Shown here: piece by piece, positions 12,201 through 20,605 of the stretch
Layout: every line of letters begins with the position of its first letter
How positions within the stretch are numbered: the stretch's first letter is position 1
NCBI GenBank assembly: GCA_964035575.1
Contig: OZ037835.1
Coordinates: forward strand, 2,232,001-2,269,412
Reading direction: 5' to 3'
DNA length: 37,412 bases
Source: Rhynchopus sp. YZ270_cl-10
Lineage: Eukaryota
Position numbers and translations under genes: made by a program
Notes under the pieces: generated by a model
What the model saw: the letters and a program-made list of their open reading frames with translations, nothing else
Told to the model about the DNA's origin: nothing
Database searches by the model: none

Positions 12201-12289
12201 CATCCATTCGATGGGGGCTCTCTGGCGCAGTCATCCAAATCTCCATCTATCATATGACCATAGAGATCTTGATATCCCCCTTCCAACAT
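6230..12289 (-). CDS. Helitron Rep/helicase (HUH endonuclease + PIF1-family helicase) with C-terminal OTU-like cysteine protease, 2019 aa, intronless
   Basis: N-terminal CRKCGAKLFSGE...CC zinc motif. Rep motifs PDYFLTMTANPHWPE, VEYQKRGLPHLHLLLW and YLFKYLFK. Helicase motifs GAAGTGKT, VASSGIAA, LIVFDE, GGDFKQILPV, GLCNGTR, QFPVALSFASTINKSQGQT and HGQLYVALSR. OTU-like GDGTCFYHA...DHFN. Confidence 0.97.
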   Translation of the reverse strand: MLEGGYQDLYGHMIDGDLDDCAREPPSNGWSRYLSDMRESLRLSAETSQMQLEDINFFCSQYESSAPHTQYDVCEWCLQRYNKTKIHDPHCLFRYMHITHVAKCRLAYVIASIRTITNKSSFRDLFAVHPELESRWNRSLDSLTYSDKKRIKLLEEEKSHGMQGLSPYILGSIENCANDICERWLEKRSDTLRTNGPICQALVAEFENRVSTSEMCGRSLDPSLHSAAMKLEDYTNGCVSYADIGGMNSVCRKCGAKLFSGEVRGEGRYGICCNRIKARDIPGPIEFENDNHKRLFSDQMFLKNSYRLNSYHQMAKALHTPHKLFSNTRGIHNIVVKGKGVKKIMGLSDDAETRNQTWFVGGYNEQDRALKGLQEMERIPELERDTTLYQDIMTMLKDNCYVRMFRRASVLMDSAEENTHVAINFDDLRGPEKTGREYANAAAEDELRAVYTVSTGTDDHKYAAGWGRQQYSVIMQGEAEGEGEGSDRYSRKISDFDARFEPLCFPLIHVCPKDSTGWRHSRKDEATPNPYSGVSAQEYGCFHLFSRATEKNPDGEPGPALIGRKLTEYFFLQLGIRAITQRISYHSQQIVKKYATKEFLEESRVTTVVENRRVTTHDATNDTTTATTTLYASYPRGKRARIQDLNDSLALKARLGCPDYFLTMTANPHWPEILRELRPGERPCDRSDLVHRVFNLKMDQLEKKLKENALGTYQAMVRVVEYQKRGLPHLHLLLWVSKEHKPKSATIFDMAVSCQLPDPETQEELYNLVSEQMMHTKCDTVPSARCKVPGPDGNARCKQHYPKNFREDTLATETGMYSYGMRPENGRTSAVAEKDQERARKLATEGKVHPSCRDNRYVVSYNIVLLTQFMSHFNIEAVGSPVVIRYLFKYLFKDDEYANVSVSAKDGEKNKTDECMSYLTGIHIGSLEAIGYLLGTKMRYIDPSVTRLDVHLAGQQRLYYFPGKEAEALDKATDTTLTAWFAANSDAKRDPSSKYQGIQTLNYITVPEYFAFSRDKAEWTLRKSYVYCPRTESLVTTDRSRAAKSHLLAIGRLYRTPVLDKELQALRTILMVRKGPTSFDDLMTVEGKKCESFTDAANEMGLLQDGELVKLTLVDAVKTTVSGRCLRFTLAVLLNSFAIPPNDMKELWKTYKVELCKRPLKQGETAPDGEATVSEQEENEALLDIQNVLRNICGSDVKLEVFGLPTPTAAVRSANDGVSWVMKDEIYNMEKQWQEWEKIQPKLNTKQMEAVQRVQLSVTQGKGEMFLLQGAAGTGKTFTYQAMLSWCRSHRGVPAQDDTHRPNIALAVASSGIAAMLLPGGRTSHNRFKFPLDLYPDDHHSVCKLTKEIEDLIRATDLIVFDEVVMANRGHIELLDRTCRKVTEKAMWFGGITVVLGGDFKQILPVTEGDKSATLKNCLHTSPLFQNMTMLSLVEIMRQKDDKNWATYLGTIGDGSCNDRDGSISLPRNLYRKDCGDYVVPDDLITHVFPLIGEGVVGNGMILAPTNKAQKAMNNICLKRLCGKQKEVLHEFQLTGKDTCTEESVEGESAIDSDVMNAYQQTGIPDHCITVKVGAPLMLLKNLNPPKGLCNGTRFIVTGVTQLNIQGIIVGDPKRVGTEVNIPRVKNTPDEKKAGFSMQRVQFPVALSFASTINKSQGQTLDRVGLDLTESQCFAHGQLYVALSRCPKAEHVKVAVPLKKWTKSTRTIVEPYRVSNPVYKDMLKSVADRGLEGIFMQLTEAEEAMLQSYHVMTDKEYSEQTHKQAKMPPPSDDHKFWDPMPMQCESIQFEDAEDLVYVAKKRKRDPEDKSPKKRKKNNPTSAEATTAQKPKLSITRVLGDGTCFYHAVDQSITKRIGQGNQLRRELELFVVQNSTTIKHHPLIVPENANTVSSIVGTYNALINRITGRIDGTYATSDYAEQIEFALVSLLKCVLITIVKMNQDNKPSSFHFLGNNLSTEQVLANIPAKDRIILLHTSNPDHFNIGTGSPERELETHKNGLEQLHRGFPNEILYQVDWEL

Positions 12290-12607
12290 AGTTATGGTGT
12301 GTTATGTTTTTCTGTTTGTAATGACTGATGATGGATAAAAATGTTCTCAGAATTATTGGAAAAATAGGACATTCCTTTTTTGTTGTTGTATTATGTGATT
12401 TGATATTCTGTGTCTGACAAAATATACAAATATATTGGAAGAGTAGGAAAAATTCGGAAAACAAATAAATAACAAACAAAAAGTAACTGAGACAAAAAAA
12501 CCCGAAAACCCGCAAGCCCACAAAGACATATCCCCACTTATCGCTATTTTGTATTTTGTTTTCTTTTTTTATCCCTTATGTTAATGTTCACAACTCTATC
12601 ACACAAA

Positions 12608-13084
12608 TCATTGCATCAATAGACCTGTCACAGGCTCCCCCTTGAATAAGTATTTAAACAAATACTTAACAACAAGGACCCCGCGCACTTCCTCATTGTT
12701 TCTGTGGCGCCGATATTTCAGGAGAAGATTGTATTGAACCACCCACCTGTCGTTCATCAGATACTGACTGAAAGCTTTGTAGAGGTTTGGGTGTGCTAAT
12801 GGTCCCGGGAGTTGTACAATGTGATCCACATTTAAAGGGTTCTTCGGTGATGTTCTGTTGTCTTTCCAAAGAATTGCGTGAGCATGAGGCAGACCCCTCT
12901 TCTGGTACTCCATCACCACCACTATTGCAATGTGATCCCCAAGAACATTTTTTTCTCTGATATAATTTACAAGCTCCTTCACCTTGAGGTAGAAGATGCG
13001 GTGCACCAGATCCGGACGGTCAATAGCTGTCTCCCCTTCTAGCAGATTAGACTGAATCTCATACCACATTGGGTTGAACGTCAT
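12608..13084 (-). CDS. Stand-alone miniature Helitron Rep (HUH core only), 158 aa; may be a pseudogene
   Basis: MTFNPMWYEI, DRPDLVHRIF, EYQKRGLPHAHAILW and KYLFKYLFK are all in one frame from ATG to TGA. Confidence 0.8.
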   Translation of the reverse strand: MTFNPMWYEIQSNLLEGETAIDRPDLVHRIFYLKVKELVNYIREKNVLGDHIAIVVVMEYQKRGLPHAHAILWKDNRTSPKNPLNVDHIVQLPGPLAHPNLYKAFSQYLMNDRWVVQYNLLLKYRRHRNNEEVRGVLVVKYLFKYLFKGEPVTGLLMQ

Positions 13085-13357
13085 AGTTTGTTTGTGTGTT
13101 ATTCTTCCTTCTGCTGATAAATAAAAATGTACTTTGTTATTTCAGAAAAAAAAATTTTTTTCTATTTTTTTATTGTATCTGATATTTTGTGTCTGAAAAA
13201 ATATACAAATAAAACGGAAAAATTAAAAACAGAAGACAATGCTCGAGCGACACCTTTCTCTTTTATGGTGTCATAAAACGGGAGGGAAAAAGTAAAGATT
13301 GTTTGTTGTTTGTTGTTTGCTTCCACACCGCTTCTGTTTCAGATGAAAGTTTTTTTT

Positions 13358-13410
13358 AAGGCTGTCCTTACAAGCGTATGCCAAAACGCTCGCCTCATGG
13401 GTGTGGACTT
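13358..13410 (-). ncRNA. 53-nt conserved structured motif, copy 1 (copy 2 at 19748-19800, + strand)
   Basis: 46/53 identical to the other copy in inverted orientation, with compensatory changes in the central stem. Function unknown. Confidence 0.5.
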
Positions 13411-13545
13411 TTTTTTATAAAATATAAATTGAGTAGGGGAAAAAAAGCGGGGGAATGCGCAGAAGCACTATTTTTTACGGGGATCATTTTGTCAAATACT
13501 ACAACTACTAAAAAAATTTACTGTAAAAAATAATGATAAAAATTC

Positions 13546-14362
13546 CTAAAAATATTCTTCATCATCATCGTCATCATCTTCTGGAAGTGGGATGGGGGTG
13601 GTGACCTGGGGTGCGGTAACCTGGGGTGTGGTAACCTGGGGGGTGGTCACCAGGGGGCTTTTTTTCTTGTAATTCCTCCTGGGTTTTGGAGATTTTTCCT
13701 CGTGCACTTTGACGTGGTTATTAAGTGCAGATAAGGTTTCGCAAACCTTCTTGCACGTTTCACAAACCCATACTCCTCTCCTCGCTGGAGTACGAGTACG
13801 AGTTGGGGGGGCCTGAGGGGCCTCCGGTGTTGTGGGGGTCTCAAGTGTGGGCGTCTCAAGTGTGGGGGTCTCAGGTGTTATAGCCTCCTGAGACATCCTC
13901 GAATTGCGCTGTGATTATTATTTGTATCAGTTGAATAAAACCAAATAGTCATTATACCTTTGGTGTATCAACCCTCCTCCTCTTGTTTTGGTGGTTAACG
14001 ATGTGTTCAATCGCACGTTCATGCTGTGTTAAGAAGAATTTAAAAGTAATAACTGTAATATTACATACCAGTGATGTGTAGAAGCTGTGGGCTGAACGGA
14101 TCATGTTGTGAGCTTCTGTGAGTTGCCTGCACATTTCTTTAGTTTTCTCCATCTGGATATGTAGATCCGTGATCAGACCCGCAAGACTATCATCAACCGG
14201 CTCATTAAGCACATTGTTTCTGATAACGTCATCCGGGAGCTCATCATCCGGCTGTGAATTAGGCCCTTCTTCAGTTGGAGTAGGAAGGAGCATCGGGGCT
14301 TCCGCAAGGAGATTGGTGGACTGCAAATCATCACTCCACGGTGTCGGTTTCTTGGGGTCCAT
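13546..14362 (-). CDS. C2H2 zinc-finger protein, ~240 aa; exons 14362-14069, 14023-13958, 13908-13546
   Basis: Two predicted phase-0 GT-AG introns (14068-14024, 45 nt; 13957-13909, 49 nt). The second joins the two ORFs in frame; the first is in frame with no stop, so it is less certain. Features: coiled-coil-like segment, NKRRR basic patch, CETCKKVCETLSALNNHVKVH finger, TP repeats, acidic tail. Confidence 0.75.
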
Positions 14363-14644
14363 GTTGTTGTTTTTGTTTGTGTCGTAGGATTTTCTGGGGA
14401 GGGGAATGAATAAGAGAAATATATTAAGTAGGACCTACCAAAAAAATGGTATCTCCTGGGCTACAGACCACAAATCTAATTCATCTCCATCCATCTAATG
14501 CCTGAATTAAATTTGGTTAAAGGGTAAGGTGGCATTCCCTCCTACATACATCCCACACCGCAGGGAAACACCAATACATATACAACTACCCAGTCAACTC
14601 GTAAACCTGTGTAGTCAATTTTGCTGTTTTTACAGTGTTTTCTA

Positions 14645-14835
14645 TTGGTGAGTGAGTTTGTAGGAGTGCCGTCACCATAGGAATAGTAATCTGAACATAT
14701 ATTAGCAATATTTTGTTGTTGTTGAGTTTGCGGGTTTGCAGAATATACTGTGTATACTGTGTATACTGTGTTTTCTGTGTATACTGTGTATACTGTGTAT
14801 ACTGTGTATACTGTAGTTTTTTAGCAATATTATAT
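14645..14835 (-). repeat. Inverted, diverged copy of the 177-bp satellite unit in the strand-switch region
   Basis: tttgtaggagtgccgtcaccataggaat...aacatatattagcaatatttt is the reverse complement of the satellite core, followed by (atactgtgt)n. Confidence 0.88.
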
Positions 14836-15053
14836 TTACTATTACGGGTTTGCTATTGTATGGAAATATTATTGGGTGTGTCCAGGGGTAAACACTCAGC
14901 AGAGTAAGTGTATGTAAGCACACTCACAGAACAGACTGGCAAAGTGTATCTCTTTTTACCTCACACTCCCCTCTTGTTTTTGTAAACCACCCAGGCACCC
15001 TTCATCCTCCATACCCAAACACCACAGCCTAACACACATTTTTTGAACACAAC

Positions 15054-15722
15054 ATGAACACACTATTAGAAGGCAAAGTGATAGAAGCAAGAGACCCTGG
15101 AAACCGTGCCCAGCTTGTTGCATTCCATTTTTCAGAAACATGTGAAACGAAAGGACGAACAGCATATCTTCAAGGAACCCTTGGAAATAGGCCACTGAAT
15201 GTGTGCATACTATTTCACAGAGGGAAATGTAAGTCACAGAAGACGTGCCGTCAACTACATGTCAGTCCAGATGCTGTGGACAGACTTCGCGATGAAATGG
15301 CGGGCCAGTGCTGCGCACTTCATTCCGGAAAATGGGTCAGCAAAAAATGCGTCATGTTGAAGGGAAAGGACAATATAGCATTGCTCTCTGTGAGCAATTT
15401 CAGCAGTACAAGAGGTTTGGAGGAGCTTTTGCGCCGGGGGGACAAGATTATTGTACAAAAGAACAGGATTTGTGGGCTGAACAAATTGAAGAGATGCAAA
15501 TGGGGGGAGCGTTGTATCAACATCCATATATGCCGAGAACTTGACCTGGAGAACCTTGCATCATTCTGCCCTTACAGTACTTGCTCCAGCAGTGAATCCT
15601 ATGCAGACACCTGGCAGGAATGCAGCACATCGAGCAGCAAATCTAGTGTTGATACCCTATCTCCCTCAGCATCTGAAATAACCTTCATGGCACTGAACAG
15701 GTTTGCTGCACACTGGGTTTAA
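15054..15722 (+). CDS. Tandem CCCH zinc-finger protein, euglenozoan ZC3H-like putative RNA-binding protein, 222 aa
   Basis: Two C-x7-C-x5-C-x3-H motifs (CILFHRGKCKSQKTCRQLH, CGLNKLKRCKWGERCINIH), each preceded by a T[KR]G motif, with an intervening CCxxH and a Ser-rich tail. Confidence 0.85.
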   Translation: MNTLLEGKVIEARDPGNRAQLVAFHFSETCETKGRTAYLQGTLGNRPLNVCILFHRGKCKSQKTCRQLHVSPDAVDRLRDEMAGQCCALHSGKWVSKKCVMLKGKDNIALLSVSNFSSTRGLEELLRRGDKIIVQKNRICGLNKLKRCKWGERCINIHICRELDLENLASFCPYSTCSSSESYADTWQECSTSSSKSSVDTLSPSASEITFMALNRFAAHWV

Positions 15723-15917
15723 TAAATAAAAACCAAGACAAAAGAAAACAAAAATAAAGAACACTCCAAATTAAATAATATTGCAACCCATCCCAATTAT
15801 TACTTATCCCTCCATCTGTTTTTCTTGTATTCTTTAAGTTTTTATTGTCTTACTCAACGGACTAACACACATCACAGGCCACTACTACAAATATACTGTC
15901 AACACAACAAGAACACA

Positions 15918-17150
15918 ATGAGCTCAGTAGATTCTGTTCAGCAGTATTCTGTCATATCAACAGCAGGAGGCAGCATAGGAAACACAGACTCAGACTTTGA
16001 ACCCAGCGGTTGCTTCAACATCACTGACATTGCAGGACCCACCAATCCAGTGGAGCGAGGATACGCATCAGTTCTGCTGAATGGCTTACAACTTATACGT
16101 TGCAACCTCCCGCTCCCAGGGAAAGAAGAAACACTCACAGTGTCAGCTAATGAAGACATAAACATCACTGGGGAAAAGGGCGGGCTTGGCCTTGACGCTC
16201 TCTTTATCACAACTCATGATCCGCTTCCTGGGAGTGCATGGAATGCAACCCTGAAATGTACCTGTGAAGGCCGTGAGGACTTTGAAGTTGATCTTGGGAA
16301 CCTCGTGCAATCTCAAGATGCATCACACTCTGGCCACTACATTGCATACCACCCAACTACATTCACAGTGAAGGTTCAACACATGCCAATTGACAATGTG
16401 AAGCAAGGGTCCGCAGAGAGGCAACTTGTTAAAGAGGTCAGAGCTATTTTGGAAAACCCACGGCTGAATGTGTGCAGAGGTTCTCTGGGGTCTATTGTGC
16501 TGAGCAACAAAGCGAAGGAGAGTCCACTCTACGACAACGTTGTGGGGAAATGCTACGGTGGTGCCTGGCAGGAATTTCTCAGGGCCCATCCTGAGGACTT
16601 CTCTCTGTTCCACTATTCTGATGAGGATATTGTTGAAAATTGTCTTGCTCCACAGATAAAAAAGTCTGATGCACGTGTCTGCCTCTTTGGAACACCGCTC
16701 TCTTCAGTGCGCGAAATAGACAAGTCTAGAAGCAAAGTCCAACGTGAAGATGAGGAAAATCTTAAAAAGGCCCTGCTAGGAATGCTCTCTGAAGGCCCCA
16801 TGTCCCAGAAGGAGCTGTTGCAGAAGTTGAATGGATTTGAAGTGTTCACAAACTCTCTATTCCCAAGCCACTCTCTTCTCATGCGGTTTCTCTCCAGACA
16901 CGATAAAACATTTGTGTGGACAGCAGGGCCCGACCAGCCTACGCGTATTGGCCTGGCTTCTTCTGATAGAATTCTCTGCCACGAAAGTCAGAACTATATA
17001 AAACCTAGCACAAGTAGCACATCTCAGAAGCACAGCCTACCTCGTTTTCTTAATCAGCACATAGGGTTCAACATGAAGCCAACTTCTCAACAGCAGCCAG
17101 TGTACCGACATGATCCATACAGCACCGTGCCATTCTACTATTCCCAATAA
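15918..17150 (+). CDS. Hypothetical protein, ~410 aa, with two OST-HTH/LOTUS-like winged-helix segments and a C-terminal YRHDPY motif
   Basis: First ATG of the long ORF is at 15918. YGGAWQEFLRAHPEDFSLF and LLMRFLSRHDKTFVW resemble LOTUS-type repeats by eye. Ends VYRHDPYSTVPFYYSQ. Confidence 0.7.
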   Translation: MSSVDSVQQYSVISTAGGSIGNTDSDFEPSGCFNITDIAGPTNPVERGYASVLLNGLQLIRCNLPLPGKEETLTVSANEDINITGEKGGLGLDALFITTHDPLPGSAWNATLKCTCEGREDFEVDLGNLVQSQDASHSGHYIAYHPTTFTVKVQHMPIDNVKQGSAERQLVKEVRAILENPRLNVCRGSLGSIVLSNKAKESPLYDNVVGKCYGGAWQEFLRAHPEDFSLFHYSDEDIVENCLAPQIKKSDARVCLFGTPLSSVREIDKSRSKVQREDEENLKKALLGMLSEGPMSQKELLQKLNGFEVFTNSLFPSHSLLMRFLSRHDKTFVWTAGPDQPTRIGLASSDRILCHESQNYIKPSTSSTSQKHSLPRFLNQHIGFNMKPTSQQQPVYRHDPYSTVPFYYSQ

Positions 17151-17696
17151 TATGTAACTACACCAGTTCCGCAAACCCAGATGACCAGTCACCCATATGT
17201 GAACCCCTCTCCCTACCTACCCTCACATAAAAAAAAGAAGAAAAAAAAGAAACACTAATACAACCAAGTTTTCAAAGAAAGAAATCAAATAAAGAAGGAT
17301 GCAAAGAGAGAAAAAAAGAAATAAAGAGCTTGCACTGTTTCACAAAAATGAAGGAAAAAAGAAAAAAAGTGATATCTCCCCCACTCCCTCTGCTTAGACA
17401 TAGTTTTTTACCTTCCCCCCAGCCAAGAAACAACAACACATCACACCACAGCTCACCAGAGAACCACAACTTCATGTGTACAAGGGCAGTATACATTCAC
17501 ACTCTCTCGGTTTCTAGGCTTCTAGGGAAAGGTTCTAGGCACTCCCGTGGTGTTACTCACCCACAAACCCACGCAAACCCAAAAGGCATGAGGCAATGTC
17601 CTCAGAATCCTCCACTGACCCCCCCAGTCCTCTCATTTGCAAGTCTCCACACCTCTCACCACAGGAACACCTAAGACAACACACGGGGGGGTTGTA

Positions 17697-17756
17697 ATTT
17701 ATGGACAGATTTTACGGATATTCTGTCCATAAATTTGGTTCTGTCCATAAAAGCTC
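17697..17756. repeat. Partial copy C of the hairpin module (inverted-repeat triplet only), upstream of actin
   Basis: atttatggacaga-ttttacggatat-tctgtccataaat-ttggt-tctgtccataaaagc. Confidence 0.85.
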
Positions 17757-17997
17757 AATTTTTGCATTCGGAAAATTTTCCAGGATTTTGCCTTTTTTTT
17801 GGTGCACATGGTGTTTTCTCTTGGTTTTCTGGTTTCTCGCTGGGTTTGGAGGTCCCTGCTGTGTGTGTGGGTTGTGGCCCTGACCGTGAACCACCCACCC
17901 TACGTGGCCCACCCCCCAAACCCCCCCACCACAAGTATATACCCACAGACTCAAACCACAGAACAACACATACCCTTAAACACGTACAAACTTCAAC

Positions 17998-19171
17998 ATG
18001 GATGATGACCAGCAAGCAATCGTCTGTGACAATGGGTCTGGGATGGTGAAGGCAGGTTTCGCAGGAGACGATGCCCCGAGGTCCGTGTTTCCGTCCATTG
18101 TTGGAAGGCCAAAGACTGCTGCAGCAATGATGGGAACGGCAAAGAAGGAAGCCTATATTGGTGACGACGCACAGTCCAAGCGTGGTATTCTGCTGATCAA
18201 GTATCCGATTGAGCATGGTATCATCACAAACTGGGATGACATGGAAAAGATCTGGCACCACACCTTCTTCAACGAGCTCCGTGTTGCACCTGAGGATCAC
18301 CCTGTGCTTCTCACAGAAGCGCCCATGAACCCAAAGGCCAACCGTGAAAAGATGACACAGATCATGTTTGAGACGTTCAACAGCCCTGCAATGTACGTTG
18401 GGATCCAGGCGGTGCTGTCCCTGTACTCGTCTGGACGCACAACAGGAATTGTTCTTGACTCAGGAGATGGTGTGACCCACACAGTTCCCATCTACGAGGG
18501 GTACTCTCTGCCACACGCCGTGCTTCGTATTGACATGGCTGGAAGAGACATGACAGACTGGATGATTAAGCTTCTGACAGAACGTGGTAACAGCTTTGTC
18601 ACCTCTGCAGAGCGCGAGATTGTGCGTGATGTGAAAGAAAAGCTCGCCTACGTTGCCTTGGTATGCATATTTTTTACAGGAAAAAGAAAACCCAAAAACC
18701 CACCAGGACTTTGACGAGGAGATGTCCCTGGCCTCGTCATCATCGTCGTTGGAAAAGGACTACGAGCTTCCCGATGGACAGGTGATCACAGTGGGCTCAG
18801 AGAGATTCCGTTGCCCTGAGGCACTCTTCAAGCCACAGTTCATTGGGCTTGAGGCAAATGGCATCCATGAGACGGTGTACAACTCCATCATGAAGTGTGA
18901 CATCGATGTGCGTAAGGACTTGTACGCCAACATTGTTCTCTCAGGAGGAACTACCATGTACGAGGGGCTTGCAGACCGTCTTTCCAAGGAAGTCACAAAC
19001 CTGGCACCAAACAGCATGAAGATCAAGGTTGTTGCCCCACCGGAGAGAAAGTACTCTGTGTGGATTGGAGGGTCTATTCTCTCTTCCCTTTCCACCTTTG
19101 CGTCCATGTGGGTAAAGAAGGAGGAGTATGATGAGAGTGGCCCAGGGATTGTTCATAAGAAGTGCTTCTAG
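17998..19171 (+). CDS. ACT: Actin, 375 aa; exons 17998-18660 and 18707-19171
   Basis: Clear actin sequence ([19 protein letters not shown]...[15 protein letters not shown]...IVHKKCF). A 46-nt gtatgc...caccag intron (18661-18706) restores YVAL|DFDEEM. Confidence 0.98.
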
Positions 19172-19471
19172 TCATAAAAAACGACAAATGAATACAAAAA
19201 ATTTAAAATAAAAAATGCAAAATAAAAATCAAGACAAAACAAAAAAAACAAATACAAACTTTCGGGGTGTTGGGGATAGGGTTATTGCGAGAACTTGCCT
19301 GTAGTGTGGATTTTTTTTATTTGATTGTACTGTATATTCCGTCGTATGCGGCAAAAATTACAAATGATACAAACAAAAAAGCAAAATTTAATATATTTTT
19401 AACACAAATAAAACCAAAATAATAAAAGGAGACATGAATACAAAAGAAAATAAGACAGCAAACAAAAAAAA

Positions 19472-19892
19472 TGACGTCGTCCTGGGCTGGACGTTAAATT
19501 GCATCCGGGGGCCCTTTTGTGGCACTCCTCCTGAAACTCTATGAAGGTCTGACCTGAGGGTAAAAGGTGCTGGGTATGCTACCCTGGGTGCTGAAGGCAG
19601 GCACACAACATGTGTGGAGGGACCTGCAGAGCCCTAGCCAGTGAAGCCAAGGAGGCCCCCCTAGGAAACTAGGGAACGGATTGGAAGAGACCTCGCCGGT
19701 AGCCGGGAACCCTCCCTGGGCTAGTACAATGATGAAACTTCAATCTTAAGTCCACACCCATGTGGCGGCCGCTTTGGCATGCGTCTGTAAGGACAGCCTT
19801 GACTGATACTTTCTGTATTAGCACACGATTGCCTCCCTGAAGGCTGCGTAGCTACCTGAGTACAAAAAAAAAAAAAAAAAAAAAAAAAAAAA
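19472..19892 (+). ncRNA. GC-rich structured non-coding island ending in an A-tract (structured RNA or short retroposon); includes a C/D-box-like segment at 19724-19863
   Basis: Hairpins ccctag-GAAA-ctaggg (19659-19674), cacaca-aca-tgtgtg and gggta-tgc-taccc. ATGATGA at 19729 and CTGA at 19856 are closed by gtac/gtac. About 29 A follow at 19864-19892. Confidence 0.45.
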
Positions 19893-20199
19893 CACCAAAG
19901 CAGAAACAAAAGCAAAAAACAAAACCAAAAAGAGAAAAAATAAAAAAGGAACATACTATTTTCCCTGTTAAGCTTGAAACACCCATAAACCCCAACACAC
20001 ACTACACAGAAACAATAATACCTCTGTCCAACACATACTAACAATAACAGAAACTAATCTACCTCTTTCCAAGCCTCCATAGCATTCATCAATACCCTCT
20101 GCTACCTTCTCTCACAAACCTTTGCGCATAATATATAACATGCACAAAAGACAAGAAAACCTATACGGTTATTATAGAATATTTTCGGCAGTCTATATG

Positions 20200-20505
20200 T
20201 TGGAAACAACACTTTCTATGATGGCACTCCTACCAACCATAAGAGGCATGAGTATCAGGTATACATAGTATACACTGTATACACACCATACACTGTGTAT
20301 ACTTGTATACACAGCAAACACAGTACTGATCATGGCCTATATGTTCCAAACTACATGTTCTATGGTGACGGCACTCCTACAAAATCACTGACCAACCATA
20401 AGAGGCATTAGTTGCAGGTTTACACACTGTACACAGTATACACAGTATACACAGTGATGGTCATAGCCTATATGTTCTATGATGAGGACACTCCTACAAA
20501 CTCCA
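20200..20505 (+). repeat. Two degenerate copies of the 177-bp satellite unit upstream of Arf
   Basis: ctatggtgacggcactcctacaaa, ctgaccaaccataagaggca and acacagtat 9-mers. Confidence 0.8.
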
Positions 20506-20605
20506 ACCTCACTGAACTGAGCCCATACCAACCCCCTCCGCTCACTCCACCCACTCCACCCACATATTACTACAGTAACACAAAAGTGACACATATATTT
20601 TCACC

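Noticed and set aside
19472..19863. Telomerase RNA, RNase P RNA or group I intron
   Set aside because: No template for TTAGGG or GCGGGTTT. Only isolated short resemblances (gaaggtctga, aaattgc) without their partner conserved regions.
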